Shown one piece after another: positions 26,750-38,878 of a DNA stretch of 64,000 nucleotides; within the stretch, counting starts at the first letter, position 1, and every line of letters begins with the position of its first letter. The position numbers were made by a program, and so were the translations under genes. This stretch comes from Octopus bimaculoides (Eukaryota), in NCBI RefSeq assembly GCF_001194135.2, contig NC_068981.1, positions 11,999,672 to 12,063,671 on the forward strand, in the 5' to 3' direction. Under the pieces are notes generated by a model that worked only from the letters and a program-made list of their open reading frames with translations, made no database searches and was not told the DNA's origin.

Positions 26750-27000
26750 ACTGGACATTCAACATCCATAAAGAACCCTTATTCAGGACATTTTGAGCAG
26801 GGTCCCATTTGTAAGTTCATGTTCTGCTTATTTTGATATGAGATCAGCATGTCACGCACATATAGTTGTGATGCATGTGCCTGGTGTACTCATATCAAAC
26901 GGGTAGTCATAATGGGTATATTGGGCTTCTTATAATTTACCCTAGTATCCCTCTGATAGTATGCATTTCTCTGTCACAAAATAATAATAACAACAACAAC
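26750..27000 (+). mobile_element. Interspersed repeat with (AAT/AAC)n tail; partial copy of the 36739-37250 family
   Basis: Reverse complement aligns with 36760-37030 (tacccattatgactacccgtttgatatgagtacaccaggcacatgcatcacaactatatgtgcg versus tactcatcatgactactcatctgataagggtacaccagacacttgcatgacaaccatatgtgcg). Confidence 0.75.
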
Positions 27001-27002
27001 AG

Positions 27003-27216
27003 CAGCAGCGTCAATTATTTCTTATGTCGTGGGAGATTTTTTAGGGTGCGGCTTGTTACTCAATATTACCATCCCCAATATTTGATTGGAACATGGTTTT
27101 ATGGACTCTGGAGAGATGAAAGTCAACCTTCATTTCGACAGGTTTTGAATACAGAAACAAAAGAGTAGGAAAATTACCACATATAATTTTTCCGACGTTC
27201 TATCGTTTCTAGTTTT
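27003..27216 (-). mobile_element. Diverged SINE copy
   Basis: tgattggaacatggttttatggactctggagagatgaaagtcaaccttcatttcgacaggttttgaatacagaa resembles the family core on the minus strand. Confidence 0.6.
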
Positions 27217-27336
27217 CTGTCACTAAGAAAGTGGCACACGAGAAAAGTAGTGAAAATACAGTGAGTAATGCAGAGAATGGATATGCATCTGGGAGTGCTT
27301 GTATATGATGCTCTCAGGCAAAAATAAATCACTGAA

Positions 27337-27420
27337 ATAGATCTAGCTAATAGAGAGAAAATAAAATCCTTAAACGAAAGAGAAACATGTCAGTATCTGG
27401 GAATAGGAGATAAAAAGCAG
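27337..27420 (+). mobile_element. Possible R4/Dong-like RT thumb fragment
   Basis: IDLANREKIKSLNERETCQYLGIGDKKQ resembles the IKxL-x3-E-x-YKYLGI motif; short, so tentative. Confidence 0.45.
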
Positions 27421-27959
27421 AAGCAAAAGTTCAGATCTGAAGGAAGCCTTAAAGTGAATATTCTTGCTGAATGATGATAGAAAAATCCACCTTAAGTACG
27501 GGAAATATCACACCCACCGTCAACTTGGGAGCAATACTGCTTATAAAGAAAAAAAAGAAATAGCTGAAGTTAATTTGAAAATGAATTGGGGAAATGAGCG
27601 ATGAAGCGGTAGGAGATTGATGCAAAATAGATATAGGTTCCTTTTGGTTTCTCTCTCTCCCTCTCTCTCTCTCTTTGTCTCTGTTTCTTTCTCATTGTTA
27701 TAAATTCACTCAGTTTGACATTATAGATACTTATTCTTACATATGAGGACACAACGTGGGTAAAAACTTCGTATAATGATGGATTTTCCGATACTGAGGT
27801 CGTACCGATGCTGCTGAAATCTTCGATTTTATAGGTCTCTTTATATTTAACATAGTGAGTTTGGTATTTCCCATGGCTGTGATATTCCCACCCTAGATAA
27901 ATGCAGGAAGCAACTTACGTTTTCCTTCAGTCAATTACAACTTATTATGACTGTTTAAA

Positions 27960-28606
27960 TTTGATATATGAGGTGTTTCACAAGACCTGAACTCCTCCTC
28001 TTATAAATCCTACTACCATAAGCCCAATGAGACACGTTCCTATATAAATAAACAGTCTTCTCAACCCATTGTATTAAAAAACCCGATTGCTAACATTAAT
28101 AACAGTTTCTAACCTCTCTTCCTCTAAAGAAACTTTCGAGGAGGCTACCGCCTACTACAACCAATTCATGTTGTAAAGGTAAAGTAATATATAACTCCTC
28201 TAATATTAATCGGAATAATAGTAATAGACCTAAACATAGACCTAGGAAAATAAAAAGGTTCACCCACACCCCATTTATCCCTTAATGGGAGGTTTAACAT
28301 GGGTTAAAGATTCCTGTCTGTCCTAAACAAGCATTAGCCTGAAAGTCACGGGTCGATGAAAATATGTAACAAGCACTCAGTAAAATTATCATATATATGT
28401 CCCAAAATGAAAAACACCATTAAACGAGAACAACACGAAGAGCCAACTCTCTGCTGAAAATGTTCAGTCCCAGTAACCTCTCCATTCGACCATGGTTGTA
28501 TGATTAAATCGGTCATATATGAAGCAGAAGTTACAGCAACGCTAGATGAGAGCACAACCCTTAAGAAGAGCTATATCAGACTATGTGAAGGCGAATTCTA
28601 GATCCG
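27960..28606 (+). mobile_element. Penelope-like retroelement remnant (RT thumb, linker, GIY-YIG start)
   Basis: Frameshifted: DLNSSSYKSYYHKPNETRSYINKQSSQP, SNLSSSKETFEEATAYYNQ, RPRKIKRF, RFLSVLNKH, then PFDHGCMIKSVIYEAEV...KSYIRLCEGEF*IR (CPL-G-C...VIY-A-V...YIG-x-EG-FK-R). Confidence 0.8.
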
Positions 28607-29168
28607 AAATTTTCAGAAGTCGTAAGCATATGGGAAAATTCCTTTTGACGAACTGAAAAGTATCACAATCTCTGCATTGAGCAACTATACCACAGTCTCT
28701 AAGCCACTATCTTTTCAATCTTGTATTTTACGCTCTAAGGCGACATAACACTAATCCCCCATTTTGCATCTGTCTCACTTATTTTTGGATTTCCGGTTTT
28801 TCAAACTTTCCACCATTTATTTCTACTACTTTCTCGACTTATCTTGCTTTTCATTCATCTTATCTTCCCAATTTTAGTTCGTTATGCCATGTGTGCCATG
28901 CCTAATAAGTGTACTAGGACACCAGACGTGTAAAAAACTACTCTTTGGCATGCTCTCGTCGTATGAAGCTAACAATAGCACAAAAATTCCTAAATTGTGT
29001 TTCTCAAAAAATACATACATACATACAAAGCGACTCCATCTAAGAATATCTGAGGAGGGAATTGTATTCCGAAATATCAAGGGACTATGGATAACTAAAT
29101 TACAACAGGTATGTAGTCCATTTTTGTATTATAGTGTATTGTTGTACAATTCAAACTTTTTTATTCTT

Positions 29169-29202
<34 letters not shown>

Positions 29203-29595
29203 CATACANNNNNNNNNNNNNNNNNNNNNNNNNNNNNNNNNNNNNNNNNNNNNNNNNNNNNNNNNNNNNNNNNNNNNNNNNNNNNNNNNNNNNNNNNNNN
29301 NNNNNNNNNNNNNNNNNNNNNNNNNNNNNNNNNNNNNNNNNNNNNNNNNNNNNNNNNNNNNNNNNNNNNNNNNNNNNNNNNNNNNNNNNNNNNNNNNNNN
29401 NNNNNNNNNNNNNNNNNNNNNNNNNNNNNNNNNNNNNNNNNNNNNNNNNNNNNNNNNNNNNNNNNNNNNNNNNNNNNNNNNNNNNNNNNNNNNNNNNNNN
29501 NNNNNNNNNNNNNNNNNNNNNNNNNNNNNNNNNNNNNNNNNNNNNNNNNNNNNNNNNNNNNNNNNNNNNNNNNNNNNNNNNNNNNNNNNNNNNNN

Positions 29596-29639
<44 letters not shown>

Positions 29640-31341
29640 CCCTCTTAGCAAATATTAAACTTCATATTTTCTGTATATGCATACACCATGTATACACAAT
29701 ATCTAACCAATCACACATACAAATAAACACACATATATAAATACACCCACACATTTATGTATGTGTAATGAGTGGCAGCTTGCGTTATTTGCTGAAATAA
29801 TAGTTATTTATCATTAAGCGAACAACTAGTTATGATACGAATGAAATGTCATCTACTAAGCAATCATTATAATCCTTAATTTGGAGAAAACTGTGTCGTA
29901 TATAGTGCTTATCGATAACATACATGGAAGTTGAGATTAATGGACTTTCTATATCAAAAGTTATCGTATTACATCATAAACAAAAGGTTAATCTAGAATG
30001 TCGGCCTGATGCAAACGGAAAGGATTGAAGGGAATTAATTGATTTTATCGCTTGGAATGTAATTATATCCGAATGAAAAGGCATTGATTTCGCTGACTCC
30101 ACAGTGTTAATGATATAATTACTTCTGAATCTAACGGAGAGAAACGCATGTTTGTCTACAACAGGTTGAGCTTCACACAAATCGTGAAACAAAACCAATC
30201 GTTTCTAAGAGATTAGGCATTATATTTCTTTGAGCCCTGACGTCAGATGTGGTCAATACACACGAGATCTCAAATAAGTGAATATCGTTGTGGCAACTTT
30301 CAACTACGAAATAAATTATAGTTAAGAATAAGCAAGAAAATGAATTTGTAGACAGTATAATTTTCGGAGTGTGACCAGATGAATAAAAATAAACAAATCT
30401 ATAGCTAACGGCTTCAGAAAATATTAAAATGGTTCGCACGTTCTCAGTAAGAAATACAAAAATACCAAATTATTCTATAGCATTGTAATGGAATTTCCCT
30501 AAGGCAGTTTTTTCATCTAGTCGATACGATTTTTGTATTGGTAGACTGGAAGGGAAAGAAAACACAACCTTTAAGTATATTATAATAGGTAAACTCTTAG
30601 AATATTAATTACGGTTGGTCTGCCCGAAATAAAAATTTTGCGTGTGTGTATTATTTTATGTGTTGGAAGTCAGAGACATAACTTTTGTTTTAATAGTAAA
30701 TCGCGTTTTAAATGCATTGTCATTGTTTGTATGCACAAAAATGCACGTGAGACAGTTAGATCCTAGTGGCATTTTAAAACTGTTATTTCAATAAAATATA
30801 CCGAACGTTTTGTACTTAAACGAACAGTACAATAAATATAAACCGATAACAAAAAAATAGTGTAAACTATATCAGAAATAAAAGAATAAAGTGTTGTGTG
30901 CAATACTTTCAAATGATTTTCACAATATGTCAGTATCTTTCTAATTATTTTAACAATGGTTTCCTTAAAAACACATTGAACATTTTAAGAACAAGTTTGA
31001 ATGTTAAGCGGTATAGTGTATAAAAGAAGTGTAAGGAAATGGAAAATATGCCGCCAACACCCACAAGAACATACACAGGCACACAGGGATAAGAACATGT
31101 ATGTATTTATTAACACGCAAACACACACACACACACATAAACACACACATATCTATATATATGTAGGCATATTCGCGTACGTAGGGGAAACTGGCCTTTA
31201 GAGCTTTTATGTCTTGTGAAGGACTTTTCATGTTTTGTTTTTATATTTACGTAAATGTGTTAAAGGTATACACATAGCCATACAGTTGCGCATACACACA
31301 CATATATATATATATATGTGTGTGTATGTGTGTGTTGGAGT

Positions 31342-31378
<37 letters not shown>

Positions 31379-32284
31379 TGTGTGTGTGAATAATAATGCT
31401 TGTTCCGCTGGAATTAAAGGCTCAGGTGAAGATGTAAGATGAAGTGTAGCAGGGGCAAAGAGAGCACAGCAATGATATTTATATTCAGAAACTCATCTGA
31501 TCATGAGTTACACATACACGCGCTCACACGCACGCATACACACGTACAGACACACATACACTCACATATACACGCACACGAAGAATGTGTTTGTGTATGT
31601 GATTTTGAGCGCGTGTGTCTGACTGAGATAATGTATTTGACCGAGTGTAAGAATATTTATATGCTTCTGTGGTGTGCCTACATATATGTATGTGCGTTAG
31701 CGTTATGACTTTTTAATTTCTTTGGAACTAAACGATTTCCTTTATCAGAAATCGATAAACAGTTTCATATAAATAAAGAAAATAACATTTATTTTATGTT
31801 TCTTTTAAAAAAAGTCACCCGACAAAACTGCAGAAATCTAACACCACTTTTCACCCTAATCATGCAAACTTCTAGGGGTGGAGGCGGCTCATTAAGCCTA
31901 CTCAAGATTTTACCAAAATACCCGCGCTGTCTTAATGCAATGCAGAAGGAGTATGTCTCAAATTTCGGCTTTCATGTTTAAGTAGTTACAGAGTTTTTAA
32001 TTTGTTACCACTTTGGCCCATTTTTAGGAAATATCCCCTTCGTCTCCTTTTTATTTCTGTGACGATAAAAAACCTTGATTATATTAACTGCTTTTCAGAA
32101 TAGAAGGTTTGCTGACGTAAGGCACAGGCACACACACTCACACTGACACACACATTCTAACTATTCTTCTAAAGAATGTGTATGAGTATGTGAGCGCATG
32201 CGCGTAGGTGCGTTTTAGGTACGCGAGTGCGTGTGCGTGAGACTAAGTTAATGTATATGTGACAGTGTAAGAATATCTGTATGC

Positions 32285-32478
32285 TTGGTGGTATTTCGTC
32301 TGCCGTTAGGTTTTGACTTCAAACTCCGCCGAGGTCGACTTTGCCTTTCATCATTTCGGGGTCGATTAAATAATTACCAGTTACACAATGGGCTCGATGC
32401 AATCGACTTCAACCCTTTGTCTGCCCTTGTTTGTCCCCTCTATGTTTAGCCTTCTGTGGGCAATAGAGAAATGAGAAA
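32285..32478 (+). mobile_element. SINE copy
   Basis: ttcaaactccgccgaggtcgactttgcctttcatcatttcggggtcgattaaataattaccagtt...atgtttagcc..gtgggcaata. Confidence 0.85.
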
Positions 32479-32542
32479 ATGTTTGTCGATTCATCTCTTA
32501 CAGCTGGGCAGATTTTTGGTCTACTGACCAAATGTTCAATGC

Positions 32543-33022
32543 ACATGATGAATGAGAGCTGCTAGGAATATCAAATAGGGAATGATAATGTATACACACA
32601 CACACACGCACACATATATATATACACACACACACACACATATATATATACATATATATATATATATATGGACACATTTTAGCAGAAATGTCGATTGCTT
32701 TATGAGAAATTATGACTGTAATATGTTGGTATGGAGCAAACCTAGATTTTTCAGATGAATACTCACTCCATTATCGCTAGTCATTTGAACGGCTTTGGAA
32801 TTTGAAATAATAAATTGATCCCGTGGCAATTCTAATTTGGAATATGAAATTAAATCGTGGCAGCTGCAATTGCAATTCCTCTGGTATTATACGACTTAAA
32901 TCAATTCGAAAATATTAGAAAATACTGAAAACTTCGCATTTGATATGGATTAGACTTCAATCCAGTCTATCCAATACATGATGAATGAGAGCTGCTAGAA
33001 ATATCAAACAGGGAATGATAAT
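32543..33022. repeat. 47-bp direct repeat pair 433 bp apart
   Basis: acatgatgaatgagagctgctag(g/a)aatatcaaa(t/c)agggaatgataat at 32543-32589 and 32976-33022. Confidence 0.9.
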
Positions 33023-33034
33023 ATAAAGTAACAT

Positions 33035-33252
33035 ATTCTTTTCTAATCTTGGCACAAGGCCTGAAATTTTGCGAGAAGGGACCAGTCGATTAGATCGACC
33101 CTAGTACGCAACTGGTACTTAATTTATTGACCCCGAAAGGACGAAAAGCAAAATCGACCTCGGCGGAATTTGAACTCAGAACGTAAAGACAGACGAAATA
33201 CCTCTAAGCATTTCGCCCGGCGTGCTAACGTTTCTGCCAGCTCGCTGCCTTT
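33035..33252 (-). mobile_element. Well-preserved SINE copy
   Basis: ggcacaaggcctgaaattttg...cgattagatcgaccctagtacgcaactggtacttaatttattgaccccgaaagg...cgacctcggcggaatttgaactcagaacgt...gctaacgtttctgccagctcgctgcc. Confidence 0.9.
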
Positions 33253-33816
33253 GTAAAGTGACATATTAACAAACAATTCTTTCCCACATACACGGATTTC
33301 GGGCTATGTATCGCTACATTTATGATTTACAAAGGAATTCTGAGAGCAGCTGTGTTGCTTACGATACCGTATTTCACCCGCAAATTGTGCGGTACCTCTT
33401 CTTACACTTGAAATATAGATAGTGAATATTTCAGCTATTTATGATATATTTATTTACCAAGAAACATGACTCTATAGAATACAAATGAAACTCTCATATA
33501 TTTTACTCGTTCTATCACTATTACAAAATTGTCAGCTTCGCCGTTCTAGCTGTAAGCTTTTTCATTTATCCCGCACACGCTAAACACTTGTCTCTTCTAT
33601 TTTCTCTCTCAGTCGTAGTCCCACTGAATCCTTTATGTATACGCTTCATTGTGCATTAATGCATCACTTCTCAATAGATTTCGGTTAATCTAGCACCAAT
33701 TATCAAATTATGTCAATTGTTATAATGATTTTAAGCATCGCTGCTTGTCTGACAAATGACAAATAATAAAATATGTCACATCAGACTAAATCCATTAGAA
33801 GCATTTTTTTTTTTAG

Positions 33817-33878
33817 TTCTGCCCAGTTGCTGGCAGAGATAATATTGGTTGCCTTTTTATCATGTCATAGCTTTGCAG
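33817..33878 (+). CDS. Candidate coding exon encoding most of a signal peptide
   Basis: Strong poly-T acceptor gcattttttttttttag and donor GCAG|gtaggc. 62 nt, only one frame open: (x)SAQLLAEIILVAFLSCHSFA(G/D), a hydrophobic core with an S-F-A cleavage-like end, phase 1. The start-codon exon was not found. Confidence 0.4.
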
Positions 33879-34889
33879 GTAGGCATTTTTTTTGTATTTG
33901 TTGGTGTCCATTTGATTAAATAAAGATAATTCATACAAAACTTGTCTGTGCGACAAATTAAATGAGATCAATAAAATAAACAAATCTGACACCTCGGTTT
34001 TAAGCAATTACGAATTAGCTCATAAATATATCCCTTTACCAAATATCGGATTATTGAAAGCTAAAAATGAAATAATGTTCTAAATGATTACATCTGTATT
34101 TCATATGTGTCAACTTTGCATAAATCGAATGGAATTTGTGAATATTCATAATATCAGGCATCATTGTATAATTTTATAATCGTTTCAGACGCTTAAATTT
34201 AATCCGACTAGTTATTAAAATTGAGTTCCGTAAAAGGGAAGGAATTTGCCACATAAGAAATTGTAATATTTTGGCTTTCAAAAACTCGCATTTTGGAAAA
34301 TTGGCTACAAATACGAATCATGCGCCCTCGGAACAACCATAACATCTATGAAAACAAAAGACTCGCAAAAAATAGTTTTCCTAATAATCATATGTATCAA
34401 ATATATTTGATAGATCAACAATTAAAATTTCTTTTTCCACATTGCCGCTCATAGGATCAGTTATCGTCAGCTTGAAAAGTTAATAAATACAAATATAGTT
34501 TAAGAAATAATACTAACAACAGTAATACTAATAATGGAATACACAGTAGTGTATTTCCTAGAACACCAAGTAATACACAATATAAAACTAGTTCAAGAGA
34601 TAACATTTTGGGAATACACAGAAATACTATAACATTAACTGATTCTCAACAAAATTCCAATAATTATATATTTCAAAATTTGCAAACCACTAGACATGAT
34701 AGGATTCTAGATAATCGAATACCACAATCTAATAAAAATAGTAATACAGAAACAGTGAATTTACCTAGCTCTCTTATAAATGATTACACAACAATTTAAA
34801 CTATATCACCACACACCATAATAAATAATCCTAATACCATACAATCTAATACCACTTAACAAAAATATATAACTAAATATTGCACATGT

Positions 34890-35300
34890 AAAAATAATAT
34901 GTCATGTCCTTTAGAAGGCAAATATAGAAGGTTCAACCTTATATATAAATGTACTGTTACTAAAGCTGCCAACTCACATTGTAAGGTATATATAAAGAAC
35001 TCCATTAGCTTTAAACAAAAATATTTTGCCCATATAGATTCATTTAAATCGAATATCACGAACAACACTACCTCATTGACTGCATATATACATAAACGCA
35101 AACTGAAAAAAATGTTTACTATAAATTATCCTGGTCAATTATCGACTCAGCTACACCATATGCCCATTAATCTTCAATTTGTCGTCTATGTACTAAAGAA
35201 CCGCTATACATATTATCATATGAGTAAAATAATTTAATTAACTGCCAATCAGAAGCATTATACACATGTACACATCGGTTTTATAAAACATTTACACACT
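34890..35300 (+). mobile_element. Penelope-like retroelement remnant, GIY-YIG endonuclease and ORF end
   Basis: SCPLEGKYRRFNLIYKCTV...KVYI...FKQKYFAHIDSF...NTTSLTAYIHKRK, then after a frameshift WSIIDSATPY..SSICRLCTKE..YIL and NLINCQSEALYTCTHR, matching PLE C-terminal motifs. Confidence 0.85.
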
Positions 35301-35911
35301 ATAAGAGATCATTAGGAAAAACTTCAAATTAATATTTTGTATTTTATATTATATTATCATAATAAAATATCAAGATTATTATAAATAAAACAGTAAAAAT
35401 ATCTTAAAATTAAATTATTTAAAATCATGCACATATATTCACAAGATACAGTTTATCCATTAAATAAATACTTAGAATTTATCCTCTTGAAACTATACAC
35501 TTTTAAAATATAACTAATCGACTTTAAAAATAATACATTAATTTACTCTATATCAAATCAATATACAACCAGATCTATCTACATTTGCATAAAGTATAAA
35601 TTAATAATGGTATCTTCTGGTTTTATCTCAGTAATAATAAAAGCAAGAAATAATAACTTTTATTCTCTCGCATTTATGGATTACACATGGAAGAAGAAAT
35701 GGATCATAGGAATTCTATCTTTATACAAGCATCACGAATTTTTCCCGTGTATTTTTACCATGGATTTATTCAAATGTTTAGGGTTTTTGCTGAAATTTAT
35801 ACCAACTCAGGTATATGAATACCAATAATTTTTTAAGCATTTTCCTCATTCAATTTAAAGATTATTTTCTTCATTCGATTTCCTCCACTGAAAATCATCC
35901 TTTCGACACGA

Positions 35912-36001
35912 TTCTCTGATGAGTGGATATACTTCCCAACGATGCTTATCAATTTAGATTTCATTTTAAGAGGAAAATTTTTCACGAAACAACTGTAAGA
36001 A
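35912..36001 (+). ncRNA. Type I hammerhead motif with long (about 63 nt) stem II, downstream of the Penelope ORF
   Basis: ttct CTGATGA gtg[...57 nt...]cac GAAAC aact GTA agaa: stem I ttct/agaa, core at 35916-22, stem II base gtg/cac with possible internal ttcc/ggaa and ctta/taag pairings, predicted cleavage after A35997. Confidence 0.65.
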
Positions 36002-36250
36002 CTTTTAAACATTTTAAAACAATTTAATAATTAAAGCTATACTTTAATTTAAATATTAATAAAATATTGCTAATATTATATACCTATCTTTATTACGATT
36101 TTTAAGATATAACTATTCCAATATTTTACTCACTAATATATATATTTGCTCTCATGAATTACTAAACAACTTTTAAGATTTTAAACATATTTCATACTGG
36201 AGCATTTAATTAACATCCAGTACACCTTGTTTTCAAAGGACATATTTGTT

Positions 36251-36331
<81 letters not shown>

Positions 36332-36409
36332 GTGTATGTGCGTGTGTATGTGTGTGTGTATGTAATGAGTGTAAACATATATAATCGATTTGATATGTAA
36401 TGAGTTTGA

Positions 36410-36626
36410 ATGCTACTACTACTACTACTAATAATAATAATAATAACAGTAATAATAGACGAAGAAGACGGACTAGTAGAAAATGAAGTAGAGAAAAAGA
36501 AGGCGAAGAAGAAGAAAAAGAAGAAGAAAAAGGAGAAGGAGAAGAAGAAGAAGAAGAAGAAGAAGAAGAAGAAGAAGAAGAAGAAGAAGAAGAAGAAGAA
36601 GAAGAAGAAGAAGAAGAAGAAGAAGA
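36410..36626. repeat. Compound (CTA)n(ATA)n(GAA/AAG)n microsatellite
   Basis: Read directly; it produces the poly-L/I/K ORF 36410-36697. Confidence 0.95.
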
Positions 36627-36736
36627 ACCGCTCGAATACTCCAGAAGGTTCTCGAAAAATAAGGTGTTATCTTAGTTCACTGGTAGTGAACAGCTGACAC
36701 CGTAGTACATCTCCAGCATTAGAATCTGTGCAAAGG

Positions 36737-36738
<2 letters not shown>
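36627..36738 (+). mobile_element. Extreme 3' end of an R4/Dong-like LINE (heavily 5'-truncated)
   Basis: acc gct cga ata ctc cag aag gtt ctc gaa aaa taa = TARILQKVLEK*, the typical ...GTARILRKVL ORF end, followed by a short 3' UTR abutting an (ATT)n tract. Confidence 0.75.
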
Positions 36739-36767
<29 letters not shown>

Positions 36768-37250
36768 GAGTGAGAGAGCAGTGCGTGCCATCAAAGTGAA
36801 ACTGGGGTAAAATATACGAAGGGCAGTATACTCATCATGACTACTCATCTGATAAGGGTACACCAGACACTTGCATGACAACCATATGTGCGCGACATGG
36901 TGACCTCATATCAAAATAAACAGCGCATGGCTCTGCAGGTGGGCCCAGTTAAACCTTTCTTCAGGTCAAATAGCCCATCCCGCTCAAAGGGTCCCTGAAT
37001 AAGTTTTGTTTAAGGATGTTGAGCGAAACATCCATGTTTCCAAAGGTGAATTATTCAAACCCCAAAGAATTCCTCTCAACATATGGCTATGATGCTCCCC
37101 CACTACTTCTGCTCGTGATCAGAGATGCACATATCGTCAGCCACCAAGGGACATGTTCAACTGGTTAAGGTCAAACAACTGACAAGCAAATCTGTGGTAT
37201 TAAGCAGAATATTTGCTGTAGCTCATCTCTTATACCAAGACAAAACGTTC
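36739..37250 (-). mobile_element. Interspersed repeat ending in an (AAT)n tail (unclassified retroposon 3' portion)
   Basis: (ATT)n tail at 36739-36766; second, opposite-orientation copy at 26750-27000; no ORF. Confidence 0.7.
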
Positions 37251-37299
37251 CTACAGCCGAAAGTCCTGCGGTAAATTTTCCTGTGACAAAATGTTTACG

Positions 37300-37622
37300 G
37301 CAAATGTTACTAGAATCCGAATTGATGGGTCAACTTTAGGAACGAGCAAGTGATTCCACTGTTCTGAATCTGTAACAGATTGAACGAAACCATTGCTGCT
37401 ATTCCGAATGAATGCCTCTGACTTCCCTAAAATCACCACACGTTGTGGCGACACGATGAGGTAGCAAAAGAACTACACTGGAAACTGCGAAAAAAGTTGG
37501 GGCTAGAGATGCAAATCGCAATAGTGATGGAGTTTGAGACCTGAAGAATCCTTTGGAATTTCCCAATCCGAACAGTTCAGGTGCTAAAGCAAAACAGACT
37601 TGACCAAATTGTGGCGGACAAT
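37300..37622 (+). mobile_element. R4/Dong-like LINE fragment: zinc-knuckle region to start of RLE
   Basis: TRIRIDG..., CNRLNETIAAIPNEC, WRHDEVAKELHWKLRKKLGL, RILWNFPIRTVQVLKQNRLDQIVAD correspond to C..ET..HI..C, RHD-VA--LHW, ILWDF-IQTD and NRPD. Confidence 0.8.
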
Positions 37623-38187
37623 ATGCTCCATATATGCTATATAGTTTGTGTTTCGTGCCCATTTGACACACCAATAATCAAGAAGGAAGTAAAAAAAAAC
37701 ATAGATATACAATCCTCTTAAGTACGACGTTGTCCGGCTATGGAAAATGAAGAAGATTAAGATAGTGCCAATTATTGTTGGATTCTTGAGGACAGGATCA
37801 GAAAGCATCAAGAAAAATATAAAGAAAATCGTAGAGAGCCCAGTAGAACTGTTATGTAATTTACGCCGCCCTTTCACTGTCACAATAATTAGGTTAGCAA
37901 TATATAGTTAAAAAAGTACGGATAGCATGGTATTGTTGGCTGTAGTTAGTAAACCTGCGATGCATGCAAGACGCCAGGAGGTACAACAGAAGCTGATATA
38001 AAAAGAATAATACATTTATTACATATGAATGCATTGAGGAACTTTTAATATTTAAACTCATAATAACCAAATTATTTGTTCCCAACTCTATAACTAGTCT
38101 ATTAGCACCCTAGTATAATGCAAGTTTTGCAAATTTCCTTCACGTTATTCTCAAGAGGTATTTGTTTTTTTTGCCAAGAAGTAGTTG

Positions 38188-38878
38188 CTAGTACCTCGTA
38201 CACCTTGGATTTTGCTTTGAGCTTCGACAGACTAAACAGTGTGCCGCCTGATCTGGTGTCGGGGTAAACACCATCAGCTGATGTCCCAAATGCATATTTC
38301 AGCATGACTGCAAAGAATATGCCAAATAGGGTGCGGGCAAGACACAACTCTGTTTCACGCCACTACGTACGTTGAATGCCTCCGAAAAAAAAGTTATTAA
38401 ATAGAACGACTCTTTTGATGTCCGTGTGAAGTGATGGAACCATCCTGAAGAGTCTTGCAGGACAGCTAATCTTGGAGGATAGCTAATCATTGTGAAGTCG
38501 ATGAAGGTGAAACAGAGGGGTTGTCTTAGTTCTCGGCACTTTTCCTCTGGCAATTGGAGAGAGATCATAACGACGGTGTAGCGTTTTGCTCTGAAACGAC
38601 ACCGAGATTCGGGGTATACCCCATCAGCGATTTTCTGTAGCCTATGAAGAGCCACGGTGGCAAAGACTTTCCCAACGATGCTTGACAGCAAAATACGTCG
38701 GTAGTTATTGCAGTCGATTTTGTCTCCTTCGTTCTCATATAGGGTGTCACTGCTGTAGTAGTCTCTCATGTCTTGCGGTACTGCTCCCTCCTCCCACCAC
38801 TGATACAGTAGCTTCAGCATTAGGCTAAGTAGAAATCTCCTTACGCATCTGATGATCTCTGGTGGGATACCATCCAAA
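38188..38878 (-). mobile_element. RTE-clade LINE, inverted 5' RT segment
   Basis: LDGIPPEII...WEEGAVPQDMRD...GDKIDCNNYRRILLSSIVGKVFA...YPESRCRFR...FIDFT...SGVKQSCVL / PTLFGIFFAVMLKYAFG...LKAKSKVYEVL; frameshifted. Confidence 0.92.

Noticed and set aside
29050-29100. CTGAGGA-hairpin-GAAA hammerhead look-alike
   Set aside because: No U at 16.1 in a register compatible with stem III, and no stem I.
33530-33620. Faint minus-strand similarity to array A (caagtgt...cgaagctgac...tgta)
   Set aside because: Only short word matches by eye and the core is absent; needs a profile search.
36410-36697. Poly-Leu/Ile/Lys ORF
   Set aside because: It is a compound trinucleotide microsatellite joined to a LINE 3' end.
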